A program made the position numbers and the translations under genes. Below, in pieces: positions 25,718 through 37,900 of a stretch of DNA of 64,000 nucleotides. The first letter of the stretch is position 1; every line of letters starts with the position of its first letter. Below the pieces are notes generated by a model that was not told the DNA's origin, made no database searches, and saw only the letters and a list, made by a program, of their open reading frames with translations. Source of the stretch: Balanoglossus misakiensis (lineage: Eukaryota; Animalia; Hemichordata); the NCBI GenBank assembly GCA_040954595.2, contig CM082583.2:94542-158541 (forward strand), given 5' to 3'.

Positions 25718-25835
25718 TGGAAAGAGTGTAATCTTGCATTCGATGTCAAGAACTCTCCAAGCTCTGCTGTGGTGATGGCTACACCTATGCTCAGGAAACA
25801 TGCAGTATTTGAATGAGACTGCGCTGTATACTTAC

Positions 25836-25958
25836 ATATCTCACACCTATCACCTTTGTAGCAACCAGTACATATGCAGGTGAGATCAAAGCAGGAATTT
25901 CGAGCCGGTTGACAGAAGCCACCATTCTGGCACGGATTTGGTTGACACTGGTTGAGTC
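25836..25958 (-). CDS. EGF exon E2 (B units only): LNQCQPNPCQNGGFCQPARNSCFDLTCICTGCYKGDRCEI (8 Cys)
   Basis: 123 bp, cag acceptor and gtaagt donor; open in U2, frameshifted in U4. Confidence 0.83.
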
Positions 25959-26229
25959 CTGCAAGGAAAAGGGTCAAATTTTCCATGATCATCAGGGGTG
26001 AGTTTCCTTCAAAAATTGTGATGTGACAAACCGACAAATTAGCATATTAGCATAATCAGAATAAATAAAAAAAATGCACAGGTAGTTTAAAAGAACAAAA
26101 ACTTTCGAAACGGAATAGAGCTAAGCTGCTATCCCTTTCTATTTTTGTGTTTGTACAACATCAGTGAAGTTTAAATCATAATAAAAAAATGATAATTATC
26201 ATTATTAACTGCTACAGATTCAAACTTAC

Positions 26230-26343
26230 TTGTCTCACAACTGGTTCCCTAGTAACACTCTGTGCACATGCAAATTGTGGCAGTACAAGAATTTACCTGT
26301 TGTTGGCAGGTACCTCCATTGAGACAAGGACTTCATAAGTTGT
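26230..26343 (-). pseudogene. EGF exon E1 (B units only): NL*SPCLNGGTCQQQVNSCTATICMCTECY*GTSCET
   Basis: 114 bp, ttttcag acceptor and gtaagt donor; two in-frame stops. Confidence 0.8.
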
Positions 26344-26388
26344 CTGAAAACACCAGTTTGCCCAATTTTCACTAATGTATAGGAATAC

Positions 26389-27048
26389 ATGAGAAGTCGG
26401 CCAGATTAGAAGTCGGCCAGTTCGCGCGCATGAGAAGTCGGCCAGTATGAGAAGTCGGCCAGTTGTTGAACTTGTACCCGAATAGTGCAGTAATGACCCA
26501 GATTACTTATAACAACACTTAATAAAATATAATTGCACTAAATATTTTCATTTGGACGGATTTCCCAAATTCTTGACAACACAATGGCGTCATTTCAAAT
26601 AATGGCGTCTGGCATCCGTACCAGTTCCCCAGCCCCGTATCCGCGTAAGGAGCTTAGGTTGTTCGCCAAATTCCTGTGACATTTCTGATTAAAGGGAGTT
26701 GTTTCAAAGCCTACTAAAATACATAGAAGATGTATGTGTATATTCATACTTTCTGAGACAACACCAAACAAACAAACCAACAAACGTGACAAGGAACAGA
26801 CTACTGGCGCAGCTCAAGAAGTGCAGGTGACTGATGTTGACGTACCCCGGTGACGTACATGAAAAGTGAACAGACAGTTTTAAAATTCATCGGCTATTTG
26901 TACAAATATCTCAGCTCCTGTACATCAAGGAAACATTTCGTAGTGAAACAGTTATATATAACACAAAGTACCAGGGTTCTCTCCCACAGGCCGACTTCTC
27001 GTACTGGCCGAGACCGACTTCTCATACTGGTTGACTTCTCAGGACACC
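26389..27048. mobile_element. MITE-like element with inverted arrays of GAGAAGTCGGCCAGT subrepeats (intact in B units, left arm deleted in A units)
   Basis: Four copies of AGAAGTCGGCCAG at 26392-26463 and three degenerate reverse-complement copies at 26987-27041. Confidence 0.65.
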
Positions 27049-27159
27049 ATGTATAGCTAGCTGTTGAACTCAAAAAATATGTAAAACTACAAGTGATGTA
27101 AACAACTTGTGGAACCATGTTCAAATCGAGACAAGAAGAAAAGGGATTTCAAGACTTAC

Positions 27160-29801
27160 CTCCTTCAGCACTTTACTGCCCTGTAGCGCACTGTGTGACA
27201 CTTGTAGTTGTGCATTCATAACCAGAAGGACGTGGCCGAACCTAGCGAGTATGAACCTATCACAGAAAAAATTCAAAGAACGATTTTTACCACCATGGTT
27301 TGGTCCAACGATCCCTTATTAGAGAGATGTCCGTAATCACAGGTTTTACTGTACAATACCTCTTCAGTGGAATCATTGTGTTTTTCAAAGTGCATCACAA
27401 TATCAACTCCAATAAGCATAACAGTTTAATTTTCTGTGTATGCCATGCTATAACACAGGGAAGTCACAAGAGTGATTTGCAGCCCAACTTACCAGTAACT
27501 GTTGAACAATCCACTACGGGTGACATGGTTGGACACTTGGATCCCGCTGGACAAGGCGTGCATGTGCCGTCGCCTTCCATAGCATATTCACCATTGCCAC
27601 AGTCGAGCGGATCTTACATTGGATCTGAACACGATTGTCCAGCAGGGCACAGAAGACAGGATGTGCGTGCAGGCTCCTCACTTATTTCATCTGATTAAAG
27701 AAAATGAGGTTTTTAGTGATGTATTTGTGATACAGTGTCATTTAAAATAACAAATTACTTGAGATGATTCACTTCATAATTCTGAGACAAGTATACAGGC
27801 ATGTAGAAAATTCTTTGGAGGACATTAAACGTCATTTCTAATCAACCATTTTCTGAATATCATAAGACTCTGCGAGATCTCACATGGCTAACCGGGTCTC
27901 GCAAGATCTCGCACTGAGTTGATAATCTGTTGTAAACACATACATACATACACACACACACATACCCCCAGTCGCACTGACTTGAAAATCTGTTGTAAAC
28001 ACATACATGCAAACACACATACCCCTCAGTTTCATCACACAGCAAACTGAACAAGTACCACAATCTTACCATTTGTACATCTGGTACAGTTTGTTGCACC
28101 AGCCAATGACACGTAACCCTTGGTACACTTGAATTGCGATGCACTGGGATCTATGCAGGCGTAACCTTGCTCACAAATAGTACAATGTTCAGCACCAGCT
28201 GATCTGTAAATCAAACAGAGAATTTACACACCAAGTTAACCTTTGAATACCACTGTAAAAATTTGGTGCAAATTTTAATTATTTTCATAAATAGAGGTCT
28301 ATTCAAATTTGGAAAAATTGTCATTTTTTCATTCATATATTATATCAGTAAATTTTAAATACAGAAATAGAAAATGATCCCATCCTATTTTTCAGTTAGT
28401 AAATTACCTGACCTAATGTTTGATGTTGGAAATAAAGGTGGGTGGGTAGAAGTTTACCTGTTATGCAAGAGGTACAGCGAGACATCCTTTGTCCAAGGCC
28501 GAACTGTAATAACCAGCCGAGCATAAAATCACAGTGTTACCATTTGGACATTGGTTACCAGCTGGGCAATCAGCACATGATGTTTGTGCTGAAAATAAAC
28601 AGAGATTTATAGAATCTTATAGTCACAGTCATACCTTCAAAGACGTGGGATTCTCACGCGGGTTGGGGAGACAAAAATCCCTGGCAAAAGATTGAGGACA
28701 GGAAAATGCCAATCCAGAGATATTGGTAACAGAAACTGTGTACAGTCAATGCCATACGGCAGTGTGCTGTTCTAACAACAGACAAGATCGTGACGATCAT
28801 AGTCTGTGTCGGAGATTTGGAAAAGAGCAAATTTGGTGAAAAGACGGGACAAAACAAAAGTCTACTTATACGATGCACATGAAAACTGGATGAAAGCGAA
28901 GCAGTCCACTATTTGAATGTATTGGATGTAAAATTGGCAGAATATTTGGACTGGACGTAATGTTTGTACGCACAGAATTACGTACATGCACATAAGATGA
29001 TCGTCCGCCTTAAAGGCATGTAAGCTGCAACTGGATAAAAAAATTAAAGTTTTAAATAATCTCATATATGCTTTTAATTATGTCTATTAAATGATATTTC
29101 ATGATAATATATCAAGCTCAACACTTATTTATGACACAATGGCCAAAAATTAAAGAAAAAACGAAAATTCCTGCAATTTTAAAAAAAGTGCAATATTGCA
29201 ATGAAAAATGGAAATCTGATGTCTCAGTGGTGTACATTTACTTCCATGAGCTCAAGTGGATGAGATCATGTTTTGTTTATGAAGTTTCAAAACCGGAAAT
29301 GCAACATTTTCATTGTTTCTTGCATTTTCCCAGGGTGGCGGCCATAATCGCTTGCGGCAAAGCTTTATTATTTATCTGGTTAAAACTTGCATATGCACTC
29401 ATATTTAGGGTTTATAATGCTTGTGTATAGTTCACTGCCTTCATCTGCATGGACTAATGGTAGTGCAGTTTTAAACAAAAATTATGAAAATTATCCCAAA
29501 AGTTACAGCTTACGTGCCTTTAAGTGAAAGATTACACAGTAATGCCCAAACTTTAAGTGCTGACTCACCATCTATATTAGTGTAGTATCCATCTTCACAC
29601 ACCTCTGGCTCCGACATACCATCATATTGGCACTTATACCCGGGGCAGGACAAGGCGTACAGTCTATACTTCCATTGTTGGCAAAATATCCCAGTCCGCA
29701 TTGTGTTGGTGATGAGAGGCTGGCTGTTCCACACATGAAACCCCTGGACACAGCGTGCATGCTTCCGAACATGCTGAACTTTAACTTCCAGCTGCGCAGT
29801 C
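27160..29801 (-). pseudogene. CPAG-type Cys-rich repeat exons, U2
   Basis: Copy of 8822-11463 at offset 18338. Confidence 0.8.
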
Positions 29802-30756
29802 CTGTAGGAGTGAAGACGTCAACTATTAAGGAGGTTTAGGAGCCCTCTAGCCAGCAAACTTCATCAAGGATGTACGTGCAGAACATAAACCGGAAACACT
29901 GCGTGTCCGGTCTTTTTCCCATAGGATTACATTGATAATCGCCAGAAAACAAACTTCTACTATTGTCATTTTCACGAAATTTTACACATAGCTCAGTCCA
30001 GCAAATATAAATTCATTGGTCAAATAAAATATAGGGGTCACCGCGCTCTTTTTTGAGATAAATTGCATTAAGAATTTTGGCCATAGACAAACAAACCATT
30101 GGTGAAAAATGCTGAGTCAGCAGATTTCTTCTATTATCGACCAATTTCATGGCTCTGTATTTCAAAAACAAGCGCGGTGACCCCTATATTTTATTACGGA
30201 TTTTCATTATACATACAAAAGAGAATAAAAAAATCCACAATTAAAAAAAATGACAATACTTTCCATTTTATTGAACGTACATCCTTAATGTTACTTAGGT
30301 AGTGGAGCACCAAAACCCAAATTTTCATATCGATTGTGTATTTTGTGATAAAAGCACCAAACTTGGCTCAGATGTGTGTTAATGTGTACTGAACAAATTC
30401 AGATAGCGAGTCACTAAATATCTGTTGAAGAGTTTCCATGGCAACCAATTTTTTTTCAAAATGGCCGCAAATACAGATAATCACACCTGTTAAACATCAA
30501 AATAAATTCAGATTACAATATTTGAAACAAGAAACTACGGAAAGAATGGTTTGCAATAGAACTATGGTTATTAAACTACAAATGTACTTATAAGGGTAAC
30601 TAAGGGATCAAAATACAGGTGCCTGGTACTCGCATTAGTATAGGTGCTCCCCCTAGTTAAACATTACGGCTAGTTGCGATATTTAACTTGAAGTACGTAA
30701 ATTACACACACACGAATCGCAACAGTTAGCGAGTCACTAAATATCTATTGAAGAGT

Positions 30757-32766
30757 GACTATGCAGTATTCAAGATCCACCCTTTCCACAATACGTGTGA
30801 ACTTCTACTCTCTACATGGAATGTCCGCTCAGCTAGATGCAAATCATTAGACATTGCAGACTACATCACAGATAAAGAAATTGATATTCTTGTACTCACT
30901 GAAACATGGTTGAAGGAATCTGGTGACGAACACGTAATGGCTGAATGTACACCACCAGGCTATGCTGTCAAACATCTACCTGGGGTTGGCAAGATCGGTG
31001 GAGGCTTAGCTTAAATTCATAAGCTAGCACTAAAATAAACAGCTTGGAAGCCTATTCTCTCTGTTAAATCTTTTGAGGCAGCGGAAGCAACTATTCTTCA
31101 CCAGAAACCTTCCATGAAAATAATTCTTGTCTACCGTCCACCACCATCAGTTAATAATAAATTCACCGCACCACAGTTCATGGAAGAGTTCAGTACAACA
31201 CTTGAGAAGTATGTCACCTGCTCAAGTAATCTCTTCATCGTAGGAGATTTCAATATTCACCTAGAAGATGATAAGAATCCAGTAACACAGAAATTCAATG
31301 GAATCATCAGCGCCTGTAATCTGAAACAATGGGTCCAACAACCAACACACAGAAAGGGTCATACTCTTGATCTCATCTTATCTAACTCTGCGTCTAACAT
31401 CAAGAGTGTCTCTGTAGACTGCTTGGAACTCTCTGATCACAATTCTGTCAATGCAAAACTTGCTCTTCCGAAACCAACACACAGTAGACGTCAAATATCT
31501 TATCGTCATATCTGCCATTTCAATTGATAGTTTCAGCCATGATCTCGACAAAATACATCAAATGTCCTAGCCTCCAAATGACCTCTCCTCAGCCATATCA
31601 GCTTATAACCAACCCGTCAGTCTCCATCTAAAACACGTGTACTTGATCTCATCCCTACAGCACTTGATAAGCAATGTCTTGGTAATCTGCTCACTATCAT
31701 AGCCACAATTATCAATTTGTCACTCAAAACTGGAACTGTTCCTGAATAACTTAAAATAGCAGTCATCACACCAATATACTCAAGAAACCTTCGCTCGACA
31801 AAAACATTTTCAAGAACTATAGACCAGTTTCAAACCTAACCTTCCTGTCAAAAGTAATCGGGAAGATTGTAGCACAACAACTGACATCATATTTGACTAC
31901 CAACTCACTACAAGAACCACTGCAGTCAGCGTACCGAAAGGATCACAGTACCGAAACAGCACTTACTAAAGTCAACAACGATATTTGTATGGCACTGGAT
32001 GCCGGTAAATGTGTACTCATGGTTCTCCTCGATCTCTCCTCTGTGTTTGATACCATAGATCACGACACAATCATCTCAAGGTTATCAAAACTGGGCATCA
32101 CCAACATCGCACTACAATGGTTCTCATCATATCTTAAGAACAGACAGCAGTTTGTATGGCCCAATGTCAGAACCTCAATATCTACAATATGGAGTACCAC
32201 ACGGTTCAGTGCTTGGCCCACTTTTGTTCTGCAGCTACATCCAACCACTTGCTCAACTTATTTGTCACCACAACATCAATTTTCACCAATATGCCGATGA
32301 CAACCAATTATACCAATATTTCTTCCAGTTAGACACCATAAGTACATTAGACAAGATGGAAAGGGCAGTTCACGAAATAAAAACCTGGATGACACATAAT
32401 AAACTTCAACTAAATGTTGGCAAACCCGAGGTACTCCTGATAAGGTCTCAGTTCAACCGCTCGCCTCGTCCCATAAACCACATGAGCATTGGATCATGTT
32501 GTGTTCAAATTGTGAATTCTGCACGGAATATAGGTGTGACATTCGACGACAATTACACTTTCAATAAGCACATTAATGCAATTTGCAAGTCAATTTTCTT
32601 CCATCTGCGTCAAATCAGCCACATTCGCCGTTACCTCACTAAGGAAGTTTGCCAGATGCTGGTTCATGCTCTAATCACATCAAAACTGGACTACTGCAAT
32701 GCAATACTCTGTGGTTTACCATCATCATGCATTCAACCGCTACAGCATGCCCTGAATTCTGCAGCC
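30757..32766 (+). mobile_element. Decayed L2/CR1-group LINE, U2
   Basis: Same motifs; [13 protein letters not shown] is in frame with YADD because the 23 bp deleted in A units is retained. Confidence 0.93.
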
Positions 32767-33284
32767 ACCATGGCCTCCTTCACAAAAACCTCACCAGACC
32801 CCATAATGCCTCCATCTCTTACACCACACCTTATACCCACCACAAATCCTAGCCATCACCCAACCTATCATAGCCCAAACAATCCAAACCCAATCAAAAT
32901 TGACCCTAGCCCCACTTATCAAGCCATCAATGCTCAACGGCAACCCAAATAACACTTAACTTAAAGATTGGCATAAATCCAAACTCATACCACAGCGACC
33001 CCAAATATACAACACAAAGACTCAATCACGAACCAATACCTACCATTTGTAGCAAATACACGACCAAAGATTTGATCCCATCTATCATCCATATATCATC
33101 AGAAAGTTGGGACGATGAGCAATGGGGCAGAGACTGATCATCAAAAATTTGAGACAGGGAATTCCAACAAATGAGATCATTAAGTTAAATATGCAAAGCA
33201 AATCAGAAAAGAGAATCAGAAGATTTTCTCCGAAGGACACCTTGCAAATTCATGATTGGAAAGACACTGCAGTCACATGTTTAT

Positions 33285-33455
33285 TGTAGTGTCCAAACAC
33301 TAGTGAGCATCTATACTTTATACATTCTGTAAAATGACGTAATGCAACATTCGGGTCATTATGAATAAAGTGCGTGAATGAGGCTAGGCACTCTCACTCT
33401 TACATGCCGGACTTGGTGTCTCATGTTGTCATTATTGCCCACCCACGATTCTATA
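33285..33455 (+). repeat. Putative 5' LTR (about 171 bp)
   Basis: TGTAG...CTATA (degenerate CTACA) termini, internal AATAAA near 33364, ends 2 nt before the PBS. No second LTR is available to confirm. Confidence 0.65.
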
Positions 33456-33457
33456 TT

Positions 33458-33469
33458 TGGCGACGAGGA
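33458..33469 (+). promoter_or_regulatory. Primer-binding site TGGCGACGAGGA (complementary to the 3' end of tRNA-Ser(GCU))
   Basis: TGG-initiated motif between the LTR end and gag; matches the ...TCCTCGTCG-CCA end of eukaryotic tRNA-Ser(GCU). Confidence 0.75.
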
Positions 33470-34971
33470 CGGAGAACATGGAGAATCAGCTAGCCGTCAA
33501 TGCCGAGTTTTCCTGTTCATTCAGTCTCGACAACCACCAGTACGAGATGGAAAAAGTACATGGTTAGAGTAGAAAACGCATTTGTCGCATTCAACATTAC
33601 AGATGACAAGCGACAACGTGCACTGCTATTGCACTGGGCAGGTGAGGAAGTTTCCGACTTCTTTGATACTCTACCAGATACAGGAACTAGCTGTGAAACA
33701 GCCAAATTAAAGCTTTCGTCATACTTCTCACCCAAACGGAACATTGAATACGAACGATTTATCTTCAGAGACACCATACAAAACAACGGCGAATCGATTG
33801 ATGCCTATCACACTTGTTTGCAACGCCTAGCAGAAACATATGTGACTTCACCAATAAGGATCAAGAGGTCAAATCACAAATCATACGAGGATTCACATCA
33901 GCCCGTCTCAGACGTCGTGCTCTTCGGGAGGAGACGACACTAGAGAATCTACTGAGTACAGCCTGTTCATTTGAGGTATCAGAGGTTCAGGCTAGTGGGA
34001 TTGAGGAGAAAACCCAAAATTATGGTGCAGATACGGCATCTGTGAATGCGGTCAGAAAACAGCGCCACCAACGCCCGAAACCAAATAAACAAAAGAGAGC
34101 TCATCAGCAGCCAGCGAAAGGACCGTCCACTTGTTATTATTGTGGTGGCACCTATCCACATGACTCAGTATGTCCAGCTAAAGGCAAGTCATGCAGGAAG
34201 TGTGGCAAACCTAACTATTTTGCCAAATGCTACCGATCAAAAGGCAAGGCAAATAGGGTAGACAAGGATGAAACTGTCAAAGCTGTGCATAAAGTGGAAG
34301 ACAGCTCGGGAGATGAATACTGCTTCACTGTACAACAATCAAATGGCAGGAGGCCTCAAGTAACAGTGCAGATAGAACAAACAGCAGTTGCCTCACTGAT
34401 CGACCCTGGTTCTACAATAAACATGATGAGTGTAAACACATACAACAACCTAAAGAACAAACCCATGTGGCAAACAGAAAGCCCGTTTTACCACTGTCAG
34501 CAGTGCATTATTGAGTATTTTAGCATCGCTGGATTTAGCTCTCGTCCAATCAGAATTGCGGACGGTAGCATGATATAATATAATTGAGAATAAATCTCGC
34601 GACAAGTGTACAGTTTGACAATGTACACAGATAATCCGTTTCAACAATGTTTCCTTTGTAGTGTGAATAAAACTGCACACTTTGCAAGTTTTCAACTTCA
34701 AAACACTATGGCTATTACAGAGACAAAGCTGCTAATATACAGTGTATACCTGTCATTTTTGTTTGTGGTGGGATTTTCATTGGCACAGTCGCACAGAGCT
34801 CACACAAGAGGAAATTACACTTTCTGTTGAATTCACTGCATCCTGCTAACTTTAAGTCATATATCCAGTGAAACATTAAGTTATAGAATTTTCCATCGCA
34901 GTATTCTGTTTTATATACATGTATAGCAGTCCCACACATATTGATTAATTTGACAAAAGAAACTGACTGAC

Positions 34972-37900
34972 AATTTTCACAGCGCTCCCAGTATAGCATC
35001 CTTGGCAGGTGCACGTCAATGCCCCACACGAGGTTAGGGTTGGCAAGTGCTGCCATTTTGACATGGGTTGTTAGCACTGATCAATTCCTACGCATGACAG
35101 AAAAATGAAGAATTAGGCTATGGGCCGGACCTGCCTATCGTTTCAAAATGCACTCTGTATATTAAGGTTTATTTCTTTTACATAAAAACAAGTCTTCTTG
35201 CTCTAATATGATAAAAGAAAAAAAACTTCAACTTAAATATTGCGTCCTCAGAGGTAATATCGAGCCCTAAAAATCAGGTATGCTAATGCGGTTAAAGGTC
35301 GTGCAGTTCTCCTTATAACAAGCGATCTTATTGGTGGTTACGTGACTGCACCAATCACAGAATGCGTTATGTCACTCAGCAATTACACACGCAGGGCAAA
35401 CTATCAGGCAGCTACATGTATGCTAGTATACATGTTACAGAAGATTAAACAGAATTGTTGGTAAGGAAAGTTTGAGCAGACTAGTCCATTCAATGTAAAA
35501 AATGGTGCTGATTCCAAAAAAGTCAGTCTTATTGACCCCTTTCAAGACAAAATTGCCATTTTTGCCACTTTTAACCCAAAAGGTCATTTAAAAAACACTC
35601 AAAACACACTGTTTTCATCACATTCGGAGATCTGATGACATTTGAGGATTATGCGGAAACAGTGACACACCAGAATAAAAATTACAGGTGACATTTGCAA
35701 GCAGATATGATCTGACCATATAGAAATATGGAATGTAAAAACATTAACAAGGAACATGCCCAATAAACTATCATGTGTCATGGCAGTCTTACAAGTGGTG
35801 CTAGAAAAAAAAATGACCAAAAATTGTCTGTACAAACACATATGCGAAGCAACTTCTTTCAGTCAGCCCTGGAACAGACACACACTGACCTGCCACTGGT
35901 AATTAAAATTTGATAGCTGGTGGTCTCTGTAACAGCTGGCCTATTTAAGTTATGTAAACATGTCTTTGTTCGAGGTAACAACTCCTTGTAAATAGTAACT
36001 TTAAAAACAACTGGACAATTTGTTTAGGAGAAGATTTGCTAACCAAAAACTAAGAAACTTACCAAAAAAACTCGCTAAATATTTAATCTTTCTGATCTCA
36101 GAACTGAATAAAAGTTGCACATATACAGGTATGTGTTATGAAATTATATCCTAAATTTCAAAGCAATCAGAGAAAAAACTAATTTCAAAGCAATCCAACA
36201 AGCAGTTTCACAGAAAATATTTGTTCAAAAGTGGCAAAAACACAAATATGCAAATATCACCAAAATTGTACAATATCTTACTTCAATCACTACAAGGAAC
36301 ATGCTGCCTAAGTTCAATGCAATAGGACAAGCGGTTTCAGAGAAAACAATTTTTGACAAAAATTGCAAAAGTTTCCCCGATAACACATTTATGCAAATAT
36401 CTTTTTTTTTACAACATATTATTTAGGTTACCCCTACGAACATGCCTACCAAATTGGAAAGCAATCTGGCATGAGGTTTTAAAGAAAAACATTTTTTGAC
36501 CAAAAATGGCAAATATTGCTCAAAATTATAGATATGCAAATTTTGCAACAATTTGAACAAAACTATGGTTACTTAGACAACATTAGGAGGCTTCATACTA
36601 AATTTCAAAGACTTTTTACCAATAACATGGAAAAATACAAAAAAATGCAAAAAAAATAGGAAATCGATAATATTAGCTCAAAACATACAGGATTGTATGA
36701 GGTTGATATAAGGTACATGCATACCAATTTTCAAATCAATATGACCAGTGGTTGTCCAGTTTTTAAGTTTTGACCAATTTCACATTTTCCCAGCTAATTT
36801 GCATATTTTTGGCAATGACATCTTCATTTGAACAAACTCCCATCTACAGCCCTGCCTGCATCTACACGCCAAATATCGAGGTCATACGCGCTGCGGTTTT
36901 CAAGTTTTCGATGTGGACGGACATACAGACATACATCCATCCATCCATCCATCCATACATACAGACGTAACCAATCCCATAAGGTCCCATGGTACATACC
37001 AATGGGACCTAAAAACTTGTGACTTACATGTAACACATGTTTGCCCAGTGTAGCAGGTTGGACAGTTGCAGGTGTAGATTGAGCAGGAGCCTTGAAGTGG
37101 CTGATACACTCCGTTATTCAGACATGGGTTTAGAAGACACTGGTTGATCGCTAAGGGTGAGAGAAATGAAAAGTATCACATTAGGGTCTTACACACTTGA
37201 GTGGGAAGTGAAATCTGTAGCAGACTGTCAGAAGATTGCACATCCGTGTGATCATGTTCATGTGTGAAGGATAATGAAGACCACTTGATCCAAGCTTGGT
37301 GCTACCATCTTTATCATAATTACAGCATCTTATAATATTTACTAGTTGGGGGTGGGGTGGGGTGGGGGTGGGGGTAGTTGATGTCATAACTTTCTGATGT
37401 TTCAATTTACGGTTGGAAAAATAGCAACATCTACTCTGATGAGCATTTGAGTCAATGAAAGTATACATCATGGCTACGGTAGTGCATATAAGTCTCTTGG
37501 TTAGCTGCACAATCACAGGCAACTTTATTGAGACAATATCAATGACAAAGCCCAGCGATTTCTACTTTGTGCGGCAAATCTGACACTGGTTTGCTTACGT
37601 TCAGCGCACGTGGTTCCGATGAAACAGCGCGAACTCTGGCATCTGAACTCGGTGCAGGACACTTGCTGGCAGAATCCACTGTTTAGACAAGGGTTGGGCT
37701 GACACGGATTCAAATCTGTGCACAGAAGAGAAAGTGATATAAATTGTGTACAGTTAATATTTACTACATATACTTTAAACAGATTTGTGCAGTCAGGGTT
37801 GAGTGGTAAAAATCTCAGTTGGTCAACAGAACATCACTGTGACAAATTTCTTCCATGTTCAACAAAAGAAACGTAATGAAATTTTGACACAGGTGTAATA

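Larger units (their letters stand above)
15661..26343 (-). pseudogene. Array of 12 phase-1 EGF-like exons, U2 (most complete copy)
   Basis: Same exons as U1 plus 25836-25958 and 26230-26343. Exons 19207-19326 and 20407-20529 are intact here. Confidence 0.88.
14858..34168. repeat. Tandem unit U2 (B type, 19,311 bp; includes private 2.3-kb TIR insertion, extra EGF exons, Gypsy LTR/gag)
   Basis: Colinear with U1 apart from extra blocks at 23381-25717, 25718-26810 and 33207-34168 and small indels. Confidence 0.97.
33285..34480 (+). mobile_element. 3'-truncated Gypsy LTR retrotransposon (Mag-like): 5' LTR, PBS, frameshifted gag, start of protease
   Basis: Gag RALLLHWAGEE...YFSPKRNIEYERFIF; two zinc knuckles (CYYCGGTYPHDSVC and degenerate CRKCGKPNYFAKC); protease-like LIDPGS from the DTG motif. 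Confidence 0.9.

Noticed and set aside
804-26343. Naming the EGF array Notch, fibropellin or crumbs
   Set aside because: No diagnostic domains (LNR, ankyrin, CUB, avidin, LamG) are visible and the Cys pattern is non-canonical, so no gene symbol is supportable.
26392-26463. Short direct repeats with spacers resembling a CRISPR array
   Set aside because: Repeats are only 13-15 bp, spacers are about 3-12 bp, there is a mirrored inverted arm, the context is eukaryotic and no cas genes are present.
29101-29430. 109-aa ORF present only in B units
   Set aside because: It lies wholly inside an AT-rich TTAA MITE, has no motif, and is broken by SNPs in A units.
33458-33475. tRNA gene
   Set aside because: Only a 12-nt complement to a tRNA 3' end (the PBS); there is no cloverleaf or A/B box.
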